A stretch of 36,267 bases of DNA from the NCBI GenBank assembly GCA_900088475.1, contig FLMG01003579.1, positions 1 to 36,267 of the forward strand. Direction: 5' to 3'. The stretch's first letter is position 1. The number at the start of each line of letters is the position of its first letter. Below the pieces are notes generated by a model. The model worked only from the letters and a program-made list of their open reading frames with translations. It had not been told where the DNA came from and searched no databases. Source of the stretch: Hyphochytrium catenoides. Its lineage: Eukaryota > Protista > Hyphochytriomycota. A program made the translations under genes and the position numbers. Shown here piece by piece: positions 12,001 to 22,449 of this stretch.

Positions 12001-14582
12001 GGAGCTTGAGTGCATAAGAGGGAACAGAAGAACGAGAGAATAACATGGATGAGAACGAATGAGACCAAGCAAAGTAGACCCTGCTAACGTCCCTCTTTGT
12101 CTGCGCTTATTTTAGTTTCCTATTATTTAACTGGTCTTTCTACTTCCGAGCACTTTGGTACGCAGCAGCCAGCCACACTGTTGAGCTTACATCGTAAGTA
12201 CCTGGGCTAGACTCTGGATAGCGTGCTGCGACTGCCTTGTTTGGCTCTACCTCACGCTCCAGTGATAGCTCCCGCTTTTGTTTGTGCTACTGCTGTCCTT
12301 GCCCCTCGTTGATTATTGGGTGGGGCTGCTACTGCTTAGATGTACTCATCCCTCACCCATGCTGGACGGTTAGGGAGCGAGTGGTCTTCGTTCAAAATCG
12401 CTTCGCTGGACTGACAAAGTACATCGAGCCTCCTGCCTTGCCGCTCGACTATGGAGGGCAATGCCGCTGCCATCCTGATTGTGAGAGAGGCTCAAGGGAA
12501 GAGAAGAAGCTTGATAAATTTGTCAGCAGGTCTCTAGAGAGAGATGGCTCCTTTTCTTAAAAAGCTCCTGCACATATTGGTGTGCCTCTGCCCTCTTTCT
12601 GGCTGCAGTGCGTTGCCACCCTTCTATCCGCTAGACAGTCTACCAAGAATGCGCTCGTTTCTTCTTTTCTCTCTCTCTTCAAGTTTAACTCTAACTTGGT
12701 TACTCGTGGTTGGGTTTCCTCCCGTCTAATGGATCTCACTTGCAGCTTTCTTCCTGAGGGCGATCATAGGAATTACTCTGGTGTTGAGCTGTTGACTGAC
12801 AATGACATTAGTAGGATAGTTAGCGAGGTAAGCCCAAAAAGGACCGATGGCCGACGCAACTCTAGTTATGTGACAATGTCTCACCGCGTCGTTTCATCTG
12901 TGCCGTTAGAAATGCTCGTCTTTCTCTTTCCTTTGCGTCATCGCGCAACTGCTTGGAGGGAATCATCTTCTGCCTGCCTCCCTTTCAATAGTCTCTCCTC
13001 GTGATGTTGACAATGTATATCAAGGCTCACCACGTGCTCTATTTCTGCCTTCCTCACTTATCGATGGTAGATTCGTACCAACGGTGGATGGTGGACGCCA
13101 GTGCACAAGGATGCGTCTTTAGAGGTTAGTGCAAGACGCATTTGGTGTAGAGAGCAAAAGGGAGACATAGAAGGCCGCACAGCTGGAGATAGGTTCCTTA
13201 AACCCGTCCTTGAACGGAGAAGGCAGCTAGGTCCAGGCACAGAGAGGCACAAAGAAGCTGAGCCCCGTCACTTATCCCTTAATCTCCTTTCTTATTCTCT
13301 GGTTCCTTCCTTAGGTCTATACTTCGAATGACGAGATCTCGGGGATACAGCGGGTGAAGGGCTCCATCCTCCTGGAAGAAGTCTCCGTGCAGAAGATATT
13401 TGAGTTGCTGTTGGACGGGGGATTTAGACGGAAGACAGATTCGAGCCTCATTGACTTTCGGTACGTTTCTTACCTTCGCCGGCTCTCTCAGTAGTTAGCG
13501 GAAACAGTCTGCCTCGGTTTTCAGTCTACTCCGGAAGAATTAGCATACACGGTGAAGTCCATTGCGTAACCCACGGGCCGTCTCGCATCTACAGAGTGGT
13601 GGCGAGCATCAGTGACTACAGTGATATTGTCTTCCTGGCATTTAGGATGCCGTTTCCCCTCTCTAACAGATGCAATGTGCAGCAAAGAAGGGTGAGTTAC
13701 TCTCTCCTGGGAGGAATGTTGGGCCTCGACTAGTCCTCCTGCACCTCCTTCCCTATCATGCTTTTCCATAGAGTTTCCTTGCTTTCCAACATCCCGTTGC
13801 ACTCATCTTCTCGATCATGTAACCCTCAACCCCTCACTTTCTCTTTATCTGGTCGCTAGTGGTGGATAAGCCCAGACAAGAAGAATGCCAGCTTGATGTG
13901 GAAATCTCTCTCTTCTTCTACGAAGCACTCTCTCCCTCTTCCGGATATGAGCAGCTACGTACAGATATGGACCTATGGCGCGATTCACCTCGAGCAGAAG
14001 GGCTCTGGCTGTGTGATATATTTCCTCAACCAGAACAACCCTAGAGGATATGTGCCTACTATCATCATCAACAGAATGGTAAACACGTCATTTTCCTTTA
14101 TTTGTCCTTGACCTGTCTCAATCTTATCTTTCAAGAAAAAGTTACAACTGTCTGTCTCTTGGCTGTGTGCTCTCTTAGCGCGACTAACTCATGAAACGTC
14201 TTTTATTTTTGATGTGAAGGCTCGCACTTTGGTCCAACGCCAGTTGCAGCAGGTGAGGGCAGAGATTGAAAAGCTCTCGACAGAAGAGAGAATGTGTGCG
14301 CAGCTTCCTGTCCCTGATGCCCACCCAGACTTGGAACCTCTCCCAGAGCACTCGACGGACTTGAATTCACCTTCTACCTCAAGCTCACCATCGAGAGGAA
14401 AGAAGAACGAACGATCGAGCTCCTTCACGTTGAAGAACGTAAGTGACGCTACTAATCCAGCGAAATGCTCAAGGAGCTAAGTCATCACTTCTCCCTTGTC
14501 AACCGTTCATCATGACAGAATCTCGTTATAACTCTACCCCCAAGCTAGCGGTCGCGTTGGAGGGGCCCACCTTACTTCATAA
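6034..14582 (+). CDS. Multidomain lipid-transfer protein: putative beta-trefoil, PH, transmembrane segment(s), CRAL-TRIO (Sec14) and START; ~25 exons, ~1,100 aa
   Basis: Continuous frame via GT-AG introns from ATG 6034 to TAA 14580-14582. PH: AIHAGPLQKLGFLQQHELDFFVLTHRALHYFK...ARGVILLEDI...EVGKWVYLIH (7957-8605). TM: AFGIGTALLSVFMVVFTYSMVWLLAGLFLSMAG (~9800-10300). CRAL-TRIO: FRLQNGLDTIL...FFHGTDRKGRLVFY...LVVDLDGIG...LTKYIEPPALPLDYGG (11278-12530). START: WTPVHKDASLEVY...IVFLAFRMPFPLSNR...NNPRGYVPTIIIN (13071-14250). A few junctions, especially 7216-7535, are uncertain. Confidence 0.82.
7821..7848. repeat. Exact 14-bp tandem duplication in an intron (caccctttaggatg x2)
   Basis: Directly visible; a similar duplication (taaatgcgagtct x2) occurs at ~9854-9885. 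Confidence 0.8.
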
Positions 14583-14697
14583 GCAAGAGCATGAGCAGGA
14601 AGAAGAGGGCAGCGAATAATAAGAGAGACATTGTAAAGATAGAAGATTCAAGGGATAGCTTATTGAGTGGTGGATACCATAGAAAACTTCATTCCTT

Positions 14698-17024
14698 CTA
14701 ATATCTATTGGAGCCCTGGTAGCTTCCTCCTCCTCCTGCCCCTCTCCCAGAGTTTTGCTCTGATTGCATCGCCATCATTAGCTTTTGGTTGATCAGATAC
14801 TGTGCCATCTGTCAGTGCAATTAGGCAGTAAAAGAGACAAATTTAGCCGTGGGGGTGAGGTATGAAAAGAGAACAAGAGATGCGTTGGAGACCGCCGGAG
14901 TCCAAGATGATAGCAAGAAGGGCTAGGGCAAGCAGGGGGTGGAGTTTGAGACAAAAGCAGAATGGAGGCTGGAGGCATGTCTTGATGGCTCAAGAGATGA
15001 GACCAACGCAGGGGGCAGAACAATTTTCTACCGTCAAAGTAGGTCTAAATGAAGTGAAGCTGTTCAACTCCAACAAGAAAGCAAAGAGAGCACATGAAGT
15101 CAGGAATAAGAGAGGTAGCAGAAGGACCCAGAGAAGACGGCGGCTAGGACTCGCCAAATTGATCCACCAATGCTGACAGCAAAAGATACATATATGTAGC
15201 GTGTTGAAGCGAGGGAAGTGTAGAGACCTGCGTGGCGGTGCTTGGTCCCTGAATAGTAACTGTCCGATTGTGAGTTCCTCTGACGTAGTCACCCTTTTGA
15301 GAAACCTTGATTTTGGCGCCGCTGGTCTGCTGCAATTCGCTGATGGTACTGCCTCCCTTACCAAGGATACTGCCCACCAAGTGGTCCGCTACTTGCATAG
15401 TGATTGTCGTATCAGGACCCATCAGGTTACCCATTGGACCCATAATTGGTGGCTCTAAGGACCGAGGTGACGAGACTCTATGTGAGGGAGCCATAGAACA
15501 AAGACGTGGAAGTCAAGAGACAGTACCTGCGTAACCGAACTGCTCAAAAGGCCGTCTCATCTGGCTAGATGCTTCATGCCCTTGTCTGGGAAGGAGATAA
15601 CGAGCGTGAGTGACATGCGACAGTGAAATTAGATAAGGATATGGAGAGGATCGTAGGCAGATGGAGGAGGAGCGGCATTATTGGGATCTTCCATTGATGA
15701 AGATGGATCGCCGCTTCATAAGGTGGAGGCGGGCGGCAGGAGACAGTAGGATGATGTTGCGGGTGCGGGAGGAGGTGTATGGATGGCTCCGTGGTGGCTA
15801 TAGGAAAGAAGTTAGCACAGTGGAAAGGGCCATATGATCGTGGGGTTTGGCGCTCCGGAGGAGAGTTCGATGCTGATAGCAAATAGATGTGGACATGTAA
15901 CAAGTGTACCAGGTAAGTGATAATGGTTGAGACATTGACTCTGAGTAACTTACCTCGACACTAGACACATAGACCCCTCGTATCTTCCGCGGCCTTTCCT
16001 CATGCGGTATCCAAGCAAGCCACCCGCACTCACGGACCACGAAGGAGGAGAAAGAGGAAAAAATAGCGAGGAGCAATGATGAGAACACCAACCTCGTGTG
16101 GCTGTAACTGGTGCTACTGTTGACGTAAGTGCACATGCTTGGATACTCGCACATCTTCCTGATAATACAGGCCACTGCGGCCTTGCACTCTTCCAGGCTC
16201 CCTCTGATGGAGCAGATCCTCTCATTCACGCCCCGGGGCATTTCATGAGCACTGGATATATGGATTCTGGCACCACTGTCTTGCATGATAGCACTGATTG
16301 TCTCGCCTCCCTTGCCGATAAGGCGGCCGGCCCAACTAGAGGCGATAGTAACTCTAACGTGCACTGGGTGCCCGCCCTCTGCACCTTCACCTTCACCAAA
16401 GGACGCATTCTGGTCCACATTATGGTCCTGCAAAGATAGGAGGAGCCGTACATTAGGTCAGAAACAGCCAGGAACGCCCCTTTCTCATAGCAGAAGTCGT
16501 GGGCGTTGATGACAAATGTGCGATTTCAAACCGAGTGCTCTTCCTCGGAGCAAGACACGTTGTGTGAGCCTGATCAGCGGCGTAATTGACCCATACCATA
16601 CCCCACTTATGGAGTGTGACCTACCTCGGTAATCTTCTCCAAGACAAGGCAGCAGCCTAAAATGAGAGGATCAATCTCACCGCATACAGATGCCACCCTA
16701 TCGCCCGTTCCAGGGAAGAACTCATTGCTCTGGATACGAGCATAGGGAGAAGAGGTCAGATGCCAAAGAGAATGATACGGCTCGAATTGGAATGTTGACC
16801 TGAGAGAGCTTTATCCGGGCGCCTGAATGCTCCTGCAGTGCGTTGATGGTACTTCCCTTTTTACCGATCAGCTGGCCAGCTACGGAAGTAGGAACAAGGA
16901 TCTTCAGCATGGAGTCACCCGTATTGTTCTGTTGGCGACTTCCACGCTTATAGTCCTCCTCCTCTCCCAACCCAACACCCCTGTTAGAATCAAAGTCTAA
17001 TCCTAGTCTGTTTGGAGAATCCAT
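14698..17024 (-). CDS. NOVA/BTR1-like RNA-binding protein with three type I KH domains, ~353 aa, 6 core exons
   Basis: Exons 17024-16800, 16729-16625, 16427-16093, 15585-15527, 15454-15228 and 14808-14698. KH1 LKILVPTSVAGQLIGKKGSTINALQEHSGARIKLSQSNEFFPGTGDRV; KH2 AGRLIGKGGETI; KH3 VADHLVGSILGKGGSTISELQQTSGAKIKVSQKGDYVRGTHNRTVTIQG...AQYLINQK. All GxxG loops are intact; FFPGTxDR and AQYLI are NOVA/BTR1 hallmarks. Confidence 0.92.
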
Positions 17025-17588
17025 CGCTATCTAGCTCCGAGTATGGCCGAAGGTCCGCGTCTGTATGGGCTTTGCAAGGGAGCTTGAGAATGCGGTCTGC
17101 TAGAGGCTCTATAAATGAAGATCATCACGGAGCGCGCCAAGGATTTTTCTTTGATCAAAAAGTCAATTTTCCTCCAGCATAAAGGCTAGACAATGAGCGG
17201 CGGCGCAGTGCTCTGTTTATTTGTATGAGCTTTGTAAGCTCCAGGGGGAAATTTGAGTTAGCTCAGAGCCGCTACGGGCTATATAGTGTCATCGTAAGCC
17301 GTTACTGGCAGTGCATAGTTCTATGGTGTTATTAGAAGGCTATGATGGACCATCAACCAGCAGTTCGGCTTCTCAAGCAGCGTCAGAAAGATGCGCGAAG
17401 ATGCTGATCTTCTGGAGTTCTATCGGCCTTCATAGCGCCCCTTGCCCCTTCGATTGAAGCTCTATGGCGATGCTTTGCATTGCCTCGGTTGCTTAAGAAG
17501 TGATTTCTAAACTCAGCTTATCAGGCGCGTGGCAAAGGGTTTCGAACGAAGGTGTGGTGGTTCTTAGTGGTGCTGTAGAAGACGCAGA
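17025..17588. promoter_or_regulatory. Probable bidirectional promoter region between the KH gene and THUMPD1
   Basis: Head-to-head ATGs at 17024 (-) and 17589 (+), 564 bp apart; no specific element identified. Confidence 0.45.
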
Positions 17589-19727
17589 ATGAAGCGGAAG
17601 AGCGGCAAGGATAATTTTCATGGAGGGGGAGGACGGAAGGTAGCCCATTCTAGCGCCTTATGTCGCTCGTTTACCGCTCTGCAAAGACTGTAAACTGACG
17701 TTGTTAAGATTTCTTCGATATGCTGCAGTCGAAGCATTTCAAGGCCGCCGCAGCCGCAAAAGGATCTCCAGGGATCCTAGTGAGCTGTGATCAGTCACGC
17801 GAGAGGGAAGGCGTTAAGGAGGCCATGAATTTGTTCGAACAGGTACGAGATAGGAAGCGGATTCGTAAACCCGTCCATAGCGTGGGCCTTGGTTCTACTT
17901 TGACAATTGTTCATCTATTTGCCCCTGCACTCATAAAGTACGCAGAAGAGCTCTTTCCCAGCTCAAGCGAAGCAGAAGGATCGGACGAGAAGAGTGGAGA
18001 AAAGATGGACAGGAACGAAAGCATACAAGATCAGTTAGCTAAGGAGATAGCGGAGCTAAAGAAGTCAAATGCTCCGAGTAAGAGGCGCTTCGAGGCTCTT
18101 GATACGGTATGACGCGAACAGATATAAACAAGACCTAATAGGTCAGGGTGAGAGAGAGAGACGCACACAGCGAGGGAGACAGGAGATGGATCCCTTAGTA
18201 TGAAAAGGCACCAGAGAGGAAAGAACAACGTAGAGAAAAGAGACAAAAACCGAGTCAAGCTTGCTGCTCCCTGCAGGGTGTCAAGGGCATCATCTTTTTC
18301 TCCCTGGCGGATTCGAAGGTGGACCCTGTGGTCCTTGTGAATGCCATAATTGCAGACTATGAGTCATCCGGACAGGCCCAATCCAGGTCTGAAGCGTACT
18401 CAAGCGTATATTCCCTCTTTTTTGTCGGTCGTCTTTGTCTCACTACATGTGATCTCTTCCCTATCTGGACTCAACCACTATACAGGTCTCTTCCTCTGCT
18501 CCACTTTGCCCCTATATGTGGTCTATTTATCTGTCAACCTTCTGTCTTATGACTTGCAATGGACCGTCTGATAAACTGAAGCACCTGAGAGACAACGGCT
18601 TTCCATCTAACGTATGCCTGCCATACAGGTATATCAGCCGCATCATTCCCCTGCAGGAAACCTGTCATGCCTCAATAGAGTCAATTAAAGAAAGTGCCAA
18701 CAAGCTGCTCCCGGCCTTCTTTAAGGGAAAGAAAGGCCTTCGGGTATTATTAAACAGACAATTAGTCTCCTTTTCGCTCTACTTTCGCTTTGACAAGCCT
18801 GTCATCTCAAACGGCTTCCCCTCCTGCTCTCGAACTTCCTTGTTGCTGCTCTCATTCCTTCTCGCTCACTTGACCACTGCGGCTTTGCCTTCCTCCTTTC
18901 TCTTTGATCACTTTCTCCTTACGTCCTAACTTGAGTTCTCCCTTTGCTCCCCTCTCCCTTGCCTGCCATTCTAACAGTATTTTGTGGACTTCAAGAAGAG
19001 AAACTGCAGCAATGTAGGCCGCATGGAAGTAATTGATGCCTGTGTAGAGGTCGTCCAGGAACTATATGCTGATCATAAGGTATGACTCGTTACTTCTATA
19101 CTCTGTCCTAAGATGCGCTTCTCTGCTGAATGGATTCCTTTACTCTTTCTTCACCTATGATTTGTTGGCGACGGATACGATAAGCGGCTTTCGTCTGTCT
19201 TTTTGCTGACTCTGATGTGCTGAACAGCCGATCATTTCTGAGCCAGATGCAGTTATCGTGGTAGAGATATTCAAGGTAAGCTCTTTCGGACATTTTCAGC
19301 GGAATCTTTGGCTCCCCACGAAAGATCGTAACGTCCTCCTCCTACGTCCCATCATATGCTTTAGACTGTCTGTGGCCTCAGTGTCTTGGACATTAATCAG
19401 TACAAGCGAAAATTTAGCCTCAGGCTTGCTGTGGATAAAGTGAAAGGTATACCCGCAGTCCCTTCAAATAACGTGCTAAGCCATAGAGATCTCGGTCGTT
19501 CTGATTAGCCATTTAGCTGCATGCTATTCTCCTGCAATATTTACTTTCGGTATCTAATCTTACGTTTGTCCAACCGAGCAGCAACAAATGATACCAAGGA
19601 GAGCGCCAGTAAGGAGAGCGCCAGTAAGGAGAGCGCCAGTAAGGAGAGCGCCAGTAAGGAGAGCGCCAGTAAGGAGAGCGCCAGTAAGGAGGGCAGTGAT
19701 AGTGAAGCAGTTGAAGCAAAGAAATAA
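17589..19727 (+). CDS. THUMPD1: THUMP domain-containing protein 1 (Tan1-like tRNA ac4C adaptor), 9 exons
   Basis: Spliced product MKRKSGKDNFHGGGGRK/SKHF...PGILVSCDQSREREGVKEAMNLFEQ/YAEELFP...LAKEIAELK...RRFEALDT/GVKGIIF...R/YISRIIPL...KKRNCSNVGRMEVI...PDAVIVVEIFK/TVCGLSVL...KFSL matches the THUMPD1/Tan1 pattern. Confidence 0.93.
19596..19697 (+). repeat. Coding minisatellite (AAGGAGAGCGCCAGT)x6 plus one degenerate unit, encoding (KESAS)6
   Basis: Six identical 15-bp units at 19596-19685, followed by AAGGAGGGCAGT. Confidence 0.97.
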
Positions 19728-19885
19728 GTGGGAAGCGCCTCTCCTTCCCACTGCCCTTCTCTTTTTAAAGGGCCAAAGGCTTGATTGCCTTCAACTTATG
19801 GTAAGCTCTATGCCGCGGCTTTTACGCAGTACCGAGAACTGGAGTGGGCTCAGCTTTTCTCGAGACCTAAGGAGCTCGCTTTGCG

Positions 19886-21858
19886 TTAGATCCACTGGCT
19901 GACTCCCGTGGCGATGTTATAAGAAAAGCGTCTTTGGCTCTCTGGATCGAGTTCCTCTTTGAGAAGCCTTTCGGCGTTGGTCCCTGACTCCCACTCCTCC
20001 CCATTAAAGCCCTTCTCCCAATCCAGGACTGACAGTATAAAACTCAGCTTATGGCCAAGCTTTAGCCGGATGAGAGCTTTCTTCCTACAGCTGTGACAGA
20101 AGAGTGAGCGGTACCGCTGTCTCTCCAATATAGTCTTTCTCTTTTTGTCACCACTTTTTCTTGACGATGGTAGGACTTCCAGGCAGTGTAAACATAAGTC
20201 GGTGGCATTGCCGCCCTTGGCATCACAGCTTCTAATGCCCGACTCTTGCTTTACTTCTAGTGCAAGACTCCTTAGAAGGCTCTCCCTTTCTTGAACACAC
20301 ATCTTAGATCGCCTTTCATCACCATCTTCTAACTCTGTGTCAGTCAATCGGACGGTAGAGGAGACTTCCCAAAGGGCCCGTCCTCCTGTTATCAGTGCTT
20401 GAAACATTACGCTTCGGGCGAACGTCTGCAAAAGCCTTTTCTCCCTCCCTTGACACTGTGTTACTCTATGTATAAGAGAGAAATCTATTTGTAAGGCTTG
20501 CCGAGCTGAATCGGAGAGTCTCTCCCTCATTCTCTCCTCTTGATAGTCTCTGAACTCCTCCCCCAGCACTTTCCTAGTGAGTTGGGTCTGGAACCGGACA
20601 AGAGGAGATATGATCAGAACAGGAAAGGTGAGAACGTAAGCCGTAAGTTTCTTCACGCCTATCTCTTGATAAGGCTTATCTCCATCGCCCAAAGTCAGAG
20701 TGTTGAGGATGCTTCTCTTTCGCACTGCTTCTCCTATTAGTGAGACATAGGGAGCGTAATCTCTAACTCCGGGAGGGAGAGGAGTGATAGAAGCTTCCCG
20801 CATCAGATTTTCTTCTATATCCTTGGCGGACAACTTTCTCTTGGTGTCGTACGGGATATTGGCAATGGCAAATGACAGCGCGGCAGTCTCTTCTCCGCGT
20901 TCTTTATGGAGGACGCGGACTATGTTTTCTATAAGCTCGGAGCTAACGTTGCCCTCCATATTGGTGGCCTCTGTAGTCCTCCCCTTGGAAAAAACGAGGA
21001 GACAGAAGAGCAGCAGTTCATGCGGTTGCAGGCAGGCAAACTCTAAACAGAGAGAGAGAAAGGGATAAGGATCGCCGTCACTGTGTTCTTCCAACCGCTG
21101 GAAGACAGTTCGTACCAATGTCTTCTCATAGTCAGCAATGAACAGTTTTGCCATTTCATCTATAACAGCTTCTCGCCACGTACTGGGCCCAAGATAGTCA
21201 GGGTCGGCCGAGAGTCTCTTCCTCTTTTCTTCCTCGTTTGCGGTCTCTTCATTATCGGTGGGCGAGTGCGATGAGTCTTCAGAAGGATATGCCAGAGCCC
21301 TTCCTCTACGGAGGACGGCGCTGGGGATTCGTTGCAGGAGCTTGTGCGGCGAAGAGATGAGAGGAAGGCCATTGAAGACGGGTGGAGGAGGAAGGACTGG
21401 CGTCCGTGCTCTCATTTTCTCATCTTTCCAGTCAAAGTCAGGGTTGGCTCCGGTTGCTCCTTTCTTAACCTTCTTCACCTTGGGCTTCACCGGCTGAAGC
21501 CCTTCGTTTCTCGTGTCCGTCAGCACCGCGGCAACGTTCTGCTTGAAGTGGAATTGCATGGCTGCATAACGTTTCAACGCTTTGATGAGGCTGCTCTGCC
21601 TCACCCGATACTTTGTGCAGAGCCCCTGAATCTTGTCCCACAGAGATTCATGGAGAATCACTTCTTCCGGGAGGGCGATGTCCGTATCGTCCACAGCATA
21701 TGATCTCATCCTGAGTTGACGCAGAAGGCGATTAGAGGTGAGCGAGAGTAGGAACTTTTGATAACTATTTTTGCTTTCTAGGCAGGAGACAGGTTGGCTG
21801 CCAGATAAGATGGGTGGAGGCTCTCGGTCATGGCTTTTCTTTAGCAAGGCTGCGCTCA
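19886..21858 (-). CDS. Uncharacterised ~650-aa protein with a degenerate EF-hand-like region and a C-terminal CxxC...CxxC motif; 5' end uncertain
   Basis: 1.97 kb stop-free frame. It is preceded by an acceptor (ctcacag at 21859) and an in-frame TGA just upstream, so it has either a small upstream exon (e.g. MTPKSPLQ from ATG ~22030 with a GC donor AAG/gcaagc) or an internal ATG (MRSYAV). Contains LVRTVFQRLEEHSDG...LLLFCLLVF...GNVSSELIENIVRVLH, FPVLIISPLVRFQTQLTRKVLGEEF and CLHC...CHSC. Confidence 0.8.
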
Positions 21859-22449
21859 CTGTGAGCGTGCGTCGTGCTGGTCAATGGCTACCTCATAGAG
21901 AACCTCCGTTGGGACCTGAGGACCGCTCTGGGAAGTCCCCCTCCTTTCTCTTCTCTGTGTTTTATTACAAAGGAAAGATGCCACTCTCCTAGCTTGTACG
22001 CTTGCCTTGAAGAGGACTCTTCGGCGTCATATCTGCCTTGCTTCTTCTTGCGTCGGACCTGGAAAAAGGCTCCAAGTTCCGTGTGTCGCTTCGTTGCCCT
22101 TTATAAAGTAGCTCTTCCTAAAGTTCCGAGGCAGTAGTAGTTCCTAGGCACGATTAGGTGCACAACTTCCTAGTAATAAAGAAAAGGAGGTCGTTACAGA
22201 CTTGATTGATAACCAACTACCAGTAACTAAGGGAAGTAGATCTCATTTATTGACAAAGAATTTACAAGCCAGTCGTCCTCCAGAACTAATGGAAGGTTTG
22301 AAGTTTGAACTATCACCACCGAAGAGACAGCAAAAACGGAGCTGTGTCCAGCTCTGGCGTCGATGGCCCTTCGCAGCCTTCATGAGGACGATGGAGCAGC
22401 AGCAGCAGCAGCAGTAGATAGGGACGGCGAGGGCAAGGAAGTAGAAGAC

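Noticed and set aside
16506-16576. C/D-box snoRNA-like pattern (TTGATGA...CTGA) within KH gene intron 2
   Set aside because: It is antisense to the host gene, the terminal stem overlaps box C, and I found no convincing rRNA guide complementarity.
19513-19902. Alternative-frame repeat ORFs (YWRSP)n, (GALLT)n, (RRAPV)n, or a CRISPR-like array
   Set aside because: These are other frames of the THUMPD1 minisatellite; the units are contiguous with no spacers.
22395-22414. (CAG)n run giving a polyQ ORF
   Set aside because: A short microsatellite just past the SPOC gene stop codon, with no coding support.
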